A model generated the notes under the pieces. It did no database searches. It had not been told where the DNA came from and saw nothing but the letters and a program-made list of their open reading frames with translations. The position numbers and the translations under genes were made by a program. DNA of 64,000 nucleotides from Paraspadella gotoi (Eukaryota; Animalia; Chaetognatha), in NCBI GenBank assembly GCA_051294375.1, contig CM119267.1:3619793-3683792 (forward strand), in the 5' to 3' direction. Positions 24,301-35,264 of this stretch are shown here, piece by piece. Position 1 is the first letter of the stretch. Every line of letters begins with the position of its first letter.

Positions 24301-26669
24301 CCTTTTTGACGCCTGAGGAAAGGAAGGATTGGAAGACGCAGCAAGGGATCGAGGAGGAAGAAGAGGAAGAGGAGACGCCATCGCCAGATGTGGAGCGAGA
24401 CACCAATGAATTTTATGGAATTGGTGCGTTAATCAATGTCAAAAATTTATTTTCTTCTAAATTCAGTAGTACAGAAATGGTGAAAAAAAAGTGAATAATT
24501 AGGCTTTTCTCTATTTAAAATATTAACTTTAAAACATTTACATTTTTAAAATTTAAAATCAGCAACCCGTACTTCATACCACCAAATCAAACGCATGAAA
24601 ATGGGATACAGTCTATGCTTTATTTACATTTCTCTTCTTCATTTGGAATCGCACGTGTCTCTGGGTAAATAAATAAGTTCTTTCCTGAGGATTTTTCTCA
24701 AATTGATATTTTCCGTTGTTATTTTTGAGCCGACGTGCTTCGCTGGGGCCGCGAATGCGCTCTCCCCTACCTCAATCCGCTGCATTTCTTTCCTGACAAT
24801 CTCAAGTTCTCCGGTTACGACCTCAAAACCTTCGCCAACGTCAAGTGTCTTCCTACCCCGACTCAAGTCAGACAAGACGCCGGACGATTGACCCTCTTTT
24901 TGCAGGTTCCGTCTCATTCAATTGCTTTCTCCTTTTCTCCTTCTAAAACCTCTTTCCGCTGATTTTCTTGGCAGTTGAACCCTTTTCCCGCGGTGGACAT
25001 TCGCCGTTTGGTGGCGCGATACTTGATCGACTTGAATCTCCCCGACGACCTCATGAAGATCTCATCCGGCATCATCTCAGCCCTGGACGTGCGAAGCCCC
25101 GTCCATGCCCCTCGACCCGGAACCGCGCAGGTTGGGGCGGAAATTCCTTCGCTCTTTCCCCCTTTTTATTTTTTCGTCTCCTATAACGGAATTTTCCTTT
25201 ATCGATCTCTTCAGTCTATTCCCAACTACGAAGCGATGGGCGTGGCCGTATTGCTCATGACGCTCAAGCTCGTGTTTCGTTTGGATGGCGTGACGGAGTT
25301 TGTTTTGTCTCACCTCGTCGCGGAGTTGGAGAAGATCGAAGAATTTCGCAAGAGTCGGAACATCAAGAGAGATTCCTCCGATTTGTGGTCAGCGGTGCTG
25401 GGTTTTAAATTTAAAACAAAAAAATTGAATAACAATTAAGTTAACAATATTTAACATTTTGTTAGGTATATTCCTCCTTCGACATCCGCGCCACCGGAAA
25501 TGTTTTCCTTCTCCGAGTGGTTCCAATTTGCCTGTGAGTACCACCCTTGTAATTTTTTTAGTCTTTTTTGGGGGTTTTTTAGTCTACGTTGTACGTCTTT
25601 TTTTTTCTAACAGCGGAGTGTTTGGTTCGCCTCAAATCGCGAAAGTTTCCTACACCCGAAGATCTTGAATGTGGCGAAGAGGTCGGATCCGACGTGGCTC
25701 ATCTTGCCCTTCATTATTCTCACAATTTGGTGAACAAGAAAGGGTCCGTTCGTCGAGCCGATCTCCCTTCTCGTCTTCGAATCGACGCCCTCCAATCCGC
25801 CATCGCCGACCTTCTTCTCGACGGCGCCGACGTCTCCGATTCCACCGCCCGCAGCAGCGTCACTTCGTTTCCGGTTCTCGGTGCCCTCGAGTCGCCGGAA
25901 AACGACGCCGCCGCCGAAGCCGAATGGCGAGCGAGTGCGGGGGCGGCGTCGAATTCAGAAGCGTCGGGGAAAAAGCTCTTCCGACGTGATTTGGGATTTT
26001 TAATTCGGCCGCCATTGCAGCAAAAGTTGCTCAAAGACGACGTCGTCTTGCGGACGCTCAACCTGCCGCATTATGAGATCGACGAGGAGACTGGAAAAGC
26101 GGTAGGTGGGCAGATTTGGCGGGAAACGACTGGAGTTGATTGATCATCCTTTCTATTTCGATTTAGCGCTGTGACTGGTCGGCCTGTGGAATTCGCGAAC
26201 CCGGCAAGAAACTCTTTTCCAACAGAAAAACTGTCAAAAATCTTTTATCTCACCAAACCAAGTATTGTTTTCTCATCGAATGGGGAGCGGAAAACCTGGG
26301 AAAAAGGTCTAGCACATTAATAATAATAATAATAATAATATTGTAGTAAATTTCTGATTTTATTAGTAAATGAGAAAAAAAATTTTTATTTGTTTTTCAT
26401 ACAACGAATTTGTATTTTTATTATTGGTAATAAAAAATGACAAAAAGTAATATTTTTTTTTCGCTAGCCGTACTCGAGCGGAGGAAATAAAGGAATTAAC
26501 GTTCAACCAATCGCAAACAGTGAAAGTGTTGATCGATCTCTGCGCCGAAATGTTGGAGGAAGATCCAAAGACGTTGACTTACGACGTCGGAAAACTGGAA
26601 CGGAGATACCCGATGGACGCGGTCGCCTCGAGGGCGACGTCTCGAGAAGCTGTCCGATCTCCCTATTGA
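21349..26669 (+). CDS. TAF1B: RNA polymerase I initiation factor TAF1B/RRN7 (TFIIB-related), 699 aa, 12 exons
   Basis: Exons 21349-21438, 21559-21726, 24012-24153, 24229-24423, 24563-24664, 24730-24905, 24975-25130, 25215-25387, 25466-25533, 25614-26101, 26167-26306, 26468-26669 (total 2100 nt). Zn ribbon CETC...GFYYCQEC; [12 protein letters not shown]|[15 protein letters not shown]; [26 protein letters not shown]; LKLVFRLDG. Confidence 0.85.
21994..23674 (+). CDS. Divergent PP1-like Ser/Thr phosphatase catalytic subunit nested in TAF1B intron 2, 389 aa, 8 exons
   Basis: Exons 21994-22156, 22237-22459, 22521-22667, 22752-22977, 23050-23145, 23226-23360, 23431-23502, 23567-23674. [49 protein letters not shown]. 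The last exon is less certain. Confidence 0.88.
23878..23950. repeat. ~75-bp interspersed repeat, inverted copy at ~38126-38202
   Basis: tgtcgggaagaaactttcgtggattc.ttcatcggcttttattcatc is the reverse complement of gatgaataaaagccgatgaacgaatccacgaaagtttcttcccgaca. Confidence 0.7.
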
Positions 26670-26732
26670 TTTTTGTTCGTTGTTGATCTGCCTTTTCTAG
26701 AATTTTTAAGAAAATGACTATTTTGGAAAACA

Positions 26733-29489
26733 ATGAGTTTGGTTAGCCTCGGGCAGGTATCTGGCCCTCGTGGGCTGAGACCCAGCCAGGCGTCTCTCCT
26801 CTTCCCATGGCTCGCTCTTGTCAAAGGAAACTCCTTAACGTTATGGTGCCTGAAACCCGAGGAAGACAGCGGAGTCGGCTGGGCTCCACTTGAGATCACT
26901 CTGCCGGAGATTCAAGGAGGTGACGTTGTCGCTCTATCACTGCACAGGGTCGACGAAGGAGAGTCGATCTACCTTCTCGCAGTCTCCGAGGACTCTCTCT
27001 TTATCTGGAAAAATCCTCAAGTCTTGGAATCGAAAGATGGAATTGAATCCCCGCCACGCCCACCTCATCGCGTCGCCGATGGTCCGTTTCAAAGCGTCGC
27101 GCACGTGAATTTGGGTCCGCGCGGCATCTTTGCCGCCATATGCGCCGAAAATGAGGTGGTCTTGATAAACGTGGCTCGGGGCACGAAGGCGCGCCTTTTG
27201 GGTCACCGCGCGCCCATTGCCCACTCGGCCTTTGCCTCTCGTGATGACCCATCGTCACCACTTCTCGTTTCCGTCGCCATTGACGCAACGGCGAGATTGT
27301 GGGACGTCAATTCTCTCTCCTGCTTGAGAATCTGGGATTCAACTTTTGTCGCAAATTCTACGTTGACCACTTGTGCGATTGTGGCCAAGTCTGGATTCGC
27401 CGCTGGCCTCTTCGTCGGGGACGCGGACGGCCATCTCTTTCGACTTTCCTTTGACGAAGAGAAACGAAAATCTCGGCGATTCGATCTCAAACGAAGTTCG
27501 CAGCGATGGCGTCGACGTTTGAACGAAGGAGATGGCCATGGAGAGAGAAGCGACGCCAGCGTGGAGCCGGGTTTTGCTGTCCTCGCAATCCATTGCATGC
27601 TGTCTGGATCCTCGCGTCCCCTCCTGGTCGGCGTCACTTCCGGGATTCTCTTCTTTGATCCCGAAGTCGACGAGTGTCTCTTCGCCGTCGTCTTTCCCGC
27701 CCAAGTGCCATCGATAATTGGGTCGTCGTCAATTGCGTTGAATATTTCATCCGCGCTTTCAGTCTCCCCGATGAAAAATGACGGAGTAGCGGCGTTGGCG
27801 TCTGTGGCCATGTTTTCGGGCCACGTGACCATTATCCGCGCAGAATGTGACAATGCGTTTTGGAACGAAGCTCTGGAATCAGCACCGGGAGACCCCTGTG
27901 ATTCCTCCTCGCCTCGTCATCACGTTTCCGTCGTCGCCACCGAACCCCTGGCCGACGATTCCGTCCTCAAGACTCCATCCCTTACTCCGACCGCGTCGCC
28001 TCTACCGAAGAAGTCGGTCCGCAAGCCATCGTCGGCTTCTAAAGGACCCATCGAAAAACCCGTTATGAATCAAAGTCAAGTCAAGTCCTCCGGATACGCG
28101 GTTCCTCCGCGGAACCCGCTCATGTTTCGACCCAACACCAACTTTAGCGTCAAAAAAGACGTGAAGGCGAAAGCGAAGCCTCAGCCCGCGCTCAAGTCTC
28201 GCGTCACCGACGTTTACCCGTCCAACTCCGCGCGCCCTTCCGGTGTCGATCGTTCCTTTCGTCTTGGCGAGTCTCGCGCCTCCCCGGTTTCCTGTCTCGC
28301 TGTCTCAACCTGTGGAGCTCGCGTCGCCTGCGGCGTCACCGATTACGACGTCACCGTCGTCGGAGAATCGTTGAAGGAAAAGTCGGCGTCGACTCACTCG
28401 GGCCATCTCGGCGTCGTCAACAGCGCCGCTTGGTCATTCGACGGGAATTGGCTGCTGACGGCGTCTTCGGACAAGACCGCCATGGCTTGGCAGCCCGCGT
28501 CCTCGGACCCCGTCATGATCGTCGCCGACATTCGAAACAACTTTGACGCCGACAAAGTCGGCGCTACTCAACATCGTCCGTTTCCGGCGGAACTCCGCCA
28601 CGCCCAATTTTTTTACCTCGACGCGTTCTTTTTGGTCTCGTCGGCGAACTCGATCTACCTGTACACTTTCCGTTTGGACGCCACCAAAAACGATGTCAAA
28701 CGTTACAAGTCCTTGAGCCGGTACAAACTCGTCAAGAAATTCCCCGTGGACGGCGTCCAGTCGATCCAGGCGGCGTCGGCCGTCAACTCGTTTTACTCTC
28801 ATCTCGTCATCTCCGCCTGTTCGAACAAGAGGATCGACGTCATGGATTTGAACGTCGGCGCTTCCGTCGCCTCCATTGACGACGCTCACGATTCCAAGAT
28901 TCACACCATCGCGCAAAATCAGGTGAACTGAAGACGCTTGTGGTTTTGATTGTTTATCTAATATTAATCTATCTATTTATTTTCCTCAGGGATCAAAGCA
29001 TTCGGCCCTCTCCTCCTCCGAGGCTTACAATCTTTTCTTGAGTTCCGCCGTCGGCGTCAACGAAGGCGTCAAACTTTGGGACGTTCGTTGTTCGCGATTC
29101 GCCGTCCGTAAATTCGACGAGCACATTAACCGCGCCCTCCCCACCTGCGGCGCCGCTTTTAGGTTGTTTAAAATTAACAAAAATAAATAAAAATTTAAAT
29201 TATCCAATTTTTTTTTCATGATGCAGTCCTTGTGGTCGTTTCATTGCATCGGCGTCGGAGGATGCTCATGCTTATCTCTACGAAATGGGAAGCGGAAAGG
29301 TTGTCGAAAAATACAGGTGTTGTTATCAATCCTTAGAAATGCGCTATTTTTATGCCAAATTTTTGTTATTGATAAATTTTTATTCGTAGATCTCCGGACG
29401 GAGCCTCGGTCACCCATGTTGCCTTTCATCCGCTGCATATGAAGATTTTTTTTACAAGTCTTAACGGAAACCTATACTTATTGAAATAA
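26733..29489 (+). CDS. WDR27: WD repeat protein 27, 850 aa, 4 exons
   Basis: Exons 26733-28922, 28990-29162, 29227-29316, 29390-29489. VKSSGY..P..MF.P.TN, AQFFYLDAFFLVSS, ND.KRYK, VNSFYSHLV, AFSPCGRFIASASED motifs. Confidence 0.88.
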
Positions 29490-29538
29490 AAGAAATTTAC
29501 CGCCAAGTGTTTGTGATTTATCTTTGTCTAAAACAATT

Positions 29539-29930
29539 GATCTTTTCTCGAAATATACGTTAAAAAATGTATTGAATAACTCCGTCCAAACTCCAAATTG
29601 TGCGAAAAATATTTTACTCGAATCCTGTTTTATTTTTTTCTACAGCGAATTTTTTTTTACAAATATTTTTGAACTTTATTAACTGACTCTTTGACCTTGG
29701 ACCCTCGGCGATGAATCCCTCAAAAGTGGAATCGATCTTTTCTCGAAATATACATTAAAAAATGTATTGAATAACTCCGTCCAAACTCCAAATTATTTGT
29801 GCGAAAAATATTTTACTCGAATCCTGTTTTATTTTTTCTACAGCGAATTTTTTTTTACAAATATTTTTGAACTTTATTAACTGACTCTTTGACATTGGAC
29901 CCTCGGCGATGAATCCCTCAAAAGTGGAAT
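29539..29930 (+). repeat. Recent ~195-bp tandem duplication of the GINS2 upstream region plus first 7 codons
   Basis: 29539-29732 and 29734-29930 are near-identical; both end in ATGAATCCCTCAAAAGTGGAAT. Confidence 0.92.
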
Positions 29931-30493
29931 TCTTGGCCGAGAAAGAATTCATCCAAATCGTTCCTAACTTTTCCCTGGATCGGATCTATTTGATTTCCGG
30001 CGACTTGGGTCCCTTTGTCCCCTCGATGCCAACCTCGGTCCCTCTCTGGTTGGCCGTCGACCTGAAGAACCGGCGCAAGTGTCGCCTCGTTCCGCCCACG
30101 TGGATGACGGTTGAGCGTCTCGAGACCAAGAAACAGGAGGAGACGGCGTCGCAATTTTTTACCGAGATGCCGTCGCCGTTCTACGCGGAGGTGACGCAGA
30201 TGATGCTCGACGCGGCGCCGGAAGACGTCCCTCACGCAGACGCCATCCGCGTTCTCGTCAAGGACATTTGGGATACGAGGATGGCAAAGCTCCGATCCTC
30301 CGTTGATAACTTTATCAAGAACGAAGGAACTCACGCCAAACTGGACCATATGACACTGCTCGAGCTCAACACAGTTCGGCCTTTGCTCACGGGCGCCTTG
30401 AACGATATGCATTTCCTTCGAACGGGCAGCAAAGGATGGAGCAACGAAGAGGCTAATCTCAATTCGAGGACTTTGAATTCTTCATCAATTTAA
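29909..30493 (+). CDS. GINS2: GINS complex subunit 2 (Psf2), 194 aa, intronless
   Basis: EFLAEKE.I.IVPNFS, GDLGPF.P, VPLWLA..LK.R.KC, KDIWDTRMAKLR, LELN.VRP. Confidence 0.96.
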   Translation: MNPSKVEFLAEKEFIQIVPNFSLDRIYLISGDLGPFVPSMPTSVPLWLAVDLKNRRKCRLVPPTWMTVERLETKKQEETASQFFTEMPSPFYAEVTQMMLDAAPEDVPHADAIRVLVKDIWDTRMAKLRSSVDNFIKNEGTHAKLDHMTLLELNTVRPLLTGALNDMHFLRTGSKGWSNEEANLNSRTLNSSSI

Positions 30494-31230
30494 AAGCTGC
30501 TCTTTGTTTGTAGGCCAAATAAATTTTGTGATGACCCTTTTGACTGCGAGTTTTATTATGTTCTTGTCAATTGTTGTTGATCTTTTTTTTATATCGCCAG
30601 ACGGGCAAATGCCCGACTTGGGCGAGATGTAATTCGTTTCTGCTTCTTTTGACCGTAGTCGTCTTTGTCGTCGTCGTCACGCTGTTTTAACATTGAAAAT
30701 ATTTCGAGTGTATAAGTGAAATTTAGATATGGCTTCTCATCATTGAGGTCTTTTAAATTATTATGTTTCATATTCCTATACTCATGTTTGTTTTATTAAC
30801 AAAACAATTTTTATATATATAGACGAGTTCAGCTCTGTAGCGGCTGTCCAGCGGTTGTCCAATTTCTCTTTTTCTCTTTCAATTATATGTCGCTCTCTTT
30901 TTCTGTCGCTGCCTCTTCTGATTCGTCTAAAAACGAGTTATGCTCTGCAGAGGCTGTCCAGCTTTCTTTTTTTTCTTTTTCTCTTTTTCTCTCTTTATCT
31001 CTCTCTTTATCTCTTTTATTTACAATGAAGGACTATCATCGCGTCAATGAATGACTATCATCGCGTCAATAATCAATTTCTATTACATCAATAATTCGTT
31101 ATCGCATCAATCATTCGTTTTTTGGGGAGATTTTTTCATTAATTTTTTTCAATACTAACGTCTGGCGAGATCATCTTTAAATTTGTATTCATTTATTTTT
31201 TAAGCGGGAATCCAATTTACGGTCACAAAA

Positions 31231-31887
31231 ATGACCATATATAGCACGTATATCATAAACAAAGCCGGCGGGCTAATCTACCAAAACGACTACACCAACC
31301 AGCGTTACGAAGTAGAAAAGACCTTCAGTTTTCCCCTTCAACTAACGTTGAAGATCAGCGACGAACGCGTGACCGTTGGGTTCGGTCAGCGTGACGGCGT
31401 CCGCGTCGGTCACGTGCTCATGTCCATCAACGGCCAGGACGTCAACGGGCGCCGCACGGCCGACGGGCGAGACGTCCTCGAGTTTCTCGCAGACGCGGCC
31501 AACTTCCCCGTCGGCCTCAAGTTCGGCCGAGCGCCGCTGAGGACCAACGAGAAGCTCATGATGGCCTCAATGTTCCACTCGCTCTACACAATCGCGGTGC
31601 AGCTGTCGCCGGAGCCGCACTCGAGTGGCATTCAAGCGCTTGAGACTGACACTTTTAAGCTGCACTGCTACCAGACGCTGACGGGAATAAAATTCTTGGT
31701 TTTGACCGATCCCCGTCAGGGAGGCATCGACAATTTGCTCAAGAGGATCTACGAGTGCTACTCGGACTTTGCGCTCAAGAATCCCTTCTACTCGCTCGAC
31801 ATGCCCATCAGATGTGAACTCTTCGACCAAAACTTGCAGACTTCCATCGAGCAGCTTGAGCGCTCCGGAATCAGCACCATGAGTTAG
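31231..31887 (+). CDS. TRAPPC4: TRAPP complex subunit 4 (synbindin/Trs23), 218 aa, intronless
   Basis: [13 protein letters not shown]-like insert ([13 protein letters not shown]), [45 protein letters not shown]. Confidence 0.96.
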   Translation: MTIYSTYIINKAGGLIYQNDYTNQRYEVEKTFSFPLQLTLKISDERVTVGFGQRDGVRVGHVLMSINGQDVNGRRTADGRDVLEFLADAANFPVGLKFGRAPLRTNEKLMMASMFHSLYTIAVQLSPEPHSSGIQALETDTFKLHCYQTLTGIKFLVLTDPRQGGIDNLLKRIYECYSDFALKNPFYSLDMPIRCELFDQNLQTSIEQLERSGISTMS

Positions 31888-32114
31888 AAATTCTTGCGTA
31901 CGTTTTTTTAACATCTGCGTATTTAAATTTTAAGTTAAAATGATATTTGATGATTATCATTGTTTTTGATATTTTTTTTTACTTGGTCACAGAATCAATT
32001 TTACTGGTACCGTTTCCTCTCCATTTTCGGGGTCGTAATCTCATTTATGAAAACTGGCCTATTTCCTAAACAACCTCAACAACCGAAACCACCTGTCTAC
32101 CTTTCCAACGAGAT

Positions 32115-32864
32115 ATGACTAAAAAAAAAGCCCTCCTCGTCGTGGACGTTCAGAACGACTTCATTAGCGGAAGTCTGGCTCTTTCCAAATTCTCAAAGAC
32201 GCAGGACGGAGCCGAAGTCGTTCCCGTTGTCAATCGTCTCGTCCGAAGTAAATTTTTCGATCTCATAATCTTCACCCAAGATTGGCATCCGACAAATCAC
32301 TTGTCTTTCGTCGACAATGTTAAATTGAGAAAATTGCATTCGTCGTCGTCCTCGGAAATCCAGGTGGGAGAGAAAACATTTTGAAAAAAATTTAAAAGCT
32401 CCATAATCTTGTCTCTTGACTCGTCTCAGGTCTTTAAATCCGTGACCTTCGATATCAACGGAGCTCCGCGAGAACAAACACTTTGGCCGAGACACTGCGT
32501 TCAAGATTCGGACGGCGCTAAACTTCATTCCGACCTCTTCGTTCCGGACGACGCGATTCGCATACGCAAGGGCGAAAATCCGGACGTCGATAGCTACTCG
32601 GCCTTTTGGGACAATTCCAAGTTAAAGGCGACGCCCCTTGAGGGGAAGCTGCGCGAGCGAGGCATTGAGTTTGTTTACGTCTGCGGCATCGCTACAGACG
32701 TCTGCGTCAAAGCCACCGTCTATGACGCGCTTGACCTCGGTTTTAAATGCTTTCTCATCAAGGACGCTTGTAGAGGGGTCAACGAAAAGGAGATCGAGTC
32801 TATATTGCGAGAAATGGACAAGAAAGGGATCAAATTGATATCCTCTACAGATATCGTTAGTTGA
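32115..32864 (+). CDS. PNC1: Nicotinamidase (isochorismatase family, Pnc1/Naam), 227 aa, 2 exons
   Basis: Exons 32115-32363 and 32430-32864. VDVQNDFISGSL, TQDWHP, LWPRHCVQ, KG...DSYSAF, GIATDVCV (D-K-C triad present). Confidence 0.92.
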
Positions 32865-33204
32865 TGGGATTTTCTTATCGTTTTTAGTACGTTTGAAGTA
32901 CGGATTAAGGAAACCTCAGAAAATGTTCCGGATTTCTTCGCAACTGTGATAAACAATGTAACTTTTTTTCAACGCGCTCATTTCATGCCACCCAGGTATA
33001 CAACTTTACTGTACATTAAAGCGTAGTGAAAGTTATATACGAAAATTCTAAATGTCAATTAAGAACAACATACTATCAGTGAATATTAATTTGTAAAAAA
33101 ACTTAGTTTTATGTTCTTCAATTTTCGCAAAAAGCTATATTTCTATATAGTACTATCCTTTTAAAATCGACAAAAATTCAGAATAGGATTTTCTTAATTT
33201 TGAT

Positions 33205-33520
33205 TGCAGATTTGAATTCCTCGTCAAAAGTTGATAAAAGAAAATATAAATCATATTTAAAAATTCTTTCATGAAGTGGGTTAAAAATTAAAAAACTATA
33301 TTTAATATAAAAAATAAAAAGTTATATTTCTTTATATCAACTTTTCATGACGAATCCAAATCTGCAAAAAAATCTTACCAAAAACTATTTTGAAATTTTA
33401 ACATTTATTGGATTAATACTAGTATAAATATGGCCTACGGTGTAAATGATAAAATTTATTATATAATTTTTTTATACATAAATGTTTATTAGTATGTTCC
33501 TCACTTTTAGATTTTTAATT
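33205..33520. mobile_element. AT-rich interspersed foldback/MITE-like repeat, copy B
   Basis: Internal inverted repeat (33206-33248 vs 33324-33365) and homology to 4652-4960. Confidence 0.7.
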
Positions 33521-34924
33521 AAAGTTAAATTTATAATTTTTACTATGTACTCTTTACTGTACAATGTACATACCTATTTTTATTTTTATTTTAAATAAAA
33601 TTTCTTATCGGAAATGAAAAAAATTTAATTTGATTTGAATTTAATAACAATATCTTGATGTATCTGTTATCCAGAGACTAGTAAGACTTTTGAACTTTTG
33701 AATCAAAATAATACAATTATATAATAATTATTCATAAATATCAAATAAATTTCAAAGCCATTTAATGATTTGGCAATGAATCTGAAAATGATTTTCGAGG
33801 AGTCAGAATATCCTCATCAGCTAAACATCTTCTTGCTCAACTTTTACGAATACAGTTTAGTTGGATGTCTGTGTAGAGATAGTTTACAAGTTCACCATTT
33901 TTTATGTTTAGCTTTTGGTAGACGGATATTTATTTTTTGTCGGACTTTGTTTTGGTTGGTCATTTTCAGAAGAGGCAGCCTTTTGAGGCTTATCACTTTT
34001 TCCTTATTTTATCTTTAATAATTCGTAATTCATTACCTGTTTTTGTCATGTTTATTTTTTCAAAAAAAAATAGACTAAAATATTTTGGAAAATATTTTTT
34101 TAAAAGCAGCATTTTATAATGCGATACTGATCAGTTCATAGTTATGTTTGTCAGAATTACAAAGCAGTTTTTGAAAGAGCTATCTATTTAAACGTGAATG
34201 ACACCAAAAGAATATTTATTATTCTTTGAATATCTAATACAGATAGTTCAGAAGTACGTACAACCTTAGTTGAGTATAAATTTGATTTCGTGTTTTATTT
34301 TTTTACTACTTCATATTGATTTTTTTGTCTAACATTTTAAAATTAGCAAAAAAAAGTTTATTAAATTAATTTTATGAAACTAGTATCTCATGAACGTCTA
34401 TAAAATGAGAGAGAAAAATTGTATAATTGTCATCTTATGAGAAATCGTATTTTCTTTTGAGTCACTCGCGATTAGACACAGGTTATTGGTAATTGTATGA
34501 CACAACAATTGTATAAGTCAACAAGAAATCTTGCTAGTCAATTGGCGACAAGCATTACATCTATTTACATCTATTTAGAAATTTAACGAGAACACGGTCT
34601 GACTTTTTTTCGCTCACTATTTCGCAGTTTTTAATTTTACTTTATGGGGTGTTGGATTAAGGGGGGGTTAGTCCCTAACTTACCTAAATACTTAACCTAT
34701 AACCACCCTGTTTTATCAACCGAATGTGGGTTTTAGCTTGAGCTATAATATAGTAACATGAATGCTTGTTAGATTTTCCAATTATCAGCAAAAGGCTTGT
34801 ATTTTTTCCCGAAATTTTTTAGGTGGGAAAACGTAGGTTGAAATTTTATAGCGCAGTTAGTGTAGTTAGAATCATTGTTGAGCTATTGCACCTATTTTAC
34901 ATACAAAAAATTAGAAAGTAATCG

Positions 34925-35208
34925 AGTATTATTTGTATTTTCACTATGGAGAGGCAGTGCAAGTACAAAAAAAAACTGATATTTTTTGCCAAATATTTCG
35001 ACCTAGTACAATTCAGTAGTAAAATATTTAAAAGGAATGTTTTTTAAAAAAATAAAACTAAGAGAGAGCGCTGAAACTTTAAATGACCAAAAGACCCAAA
35101 ATTGGGTTGCCCCCTCCCTTTAGTTTTAAGTCAAAATACTTGGCAAAAAATATCAGTTTTTTTTGGTACTTGCACTGCCTCTCCATAGTGAAAATACAAT
35201 TAATACTT
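34925..35208. mobile_element. MITE with ~78-bp terminal inverted repeats just upstream of the PM20D1-like ATG
   Basis: 34925-35002 is the reverse complement of 35130-35208 (cactatggagaggcagtgcaagtac / gtacttgcactgcctctccatagtg). Confidence 0.8.
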
Positions 35209-35264
35209 GTACTACTCACAGTGCAGGTGATAAATTTTAAAGTAGAAAAGAATCATTTTTCAAG

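Noticed and set aside
33775-33830. Minus-strand CTGATGA...GAAA resembling another hammerhead
   Set aside because: Stem II is out of register and there is no stem I complementarity.
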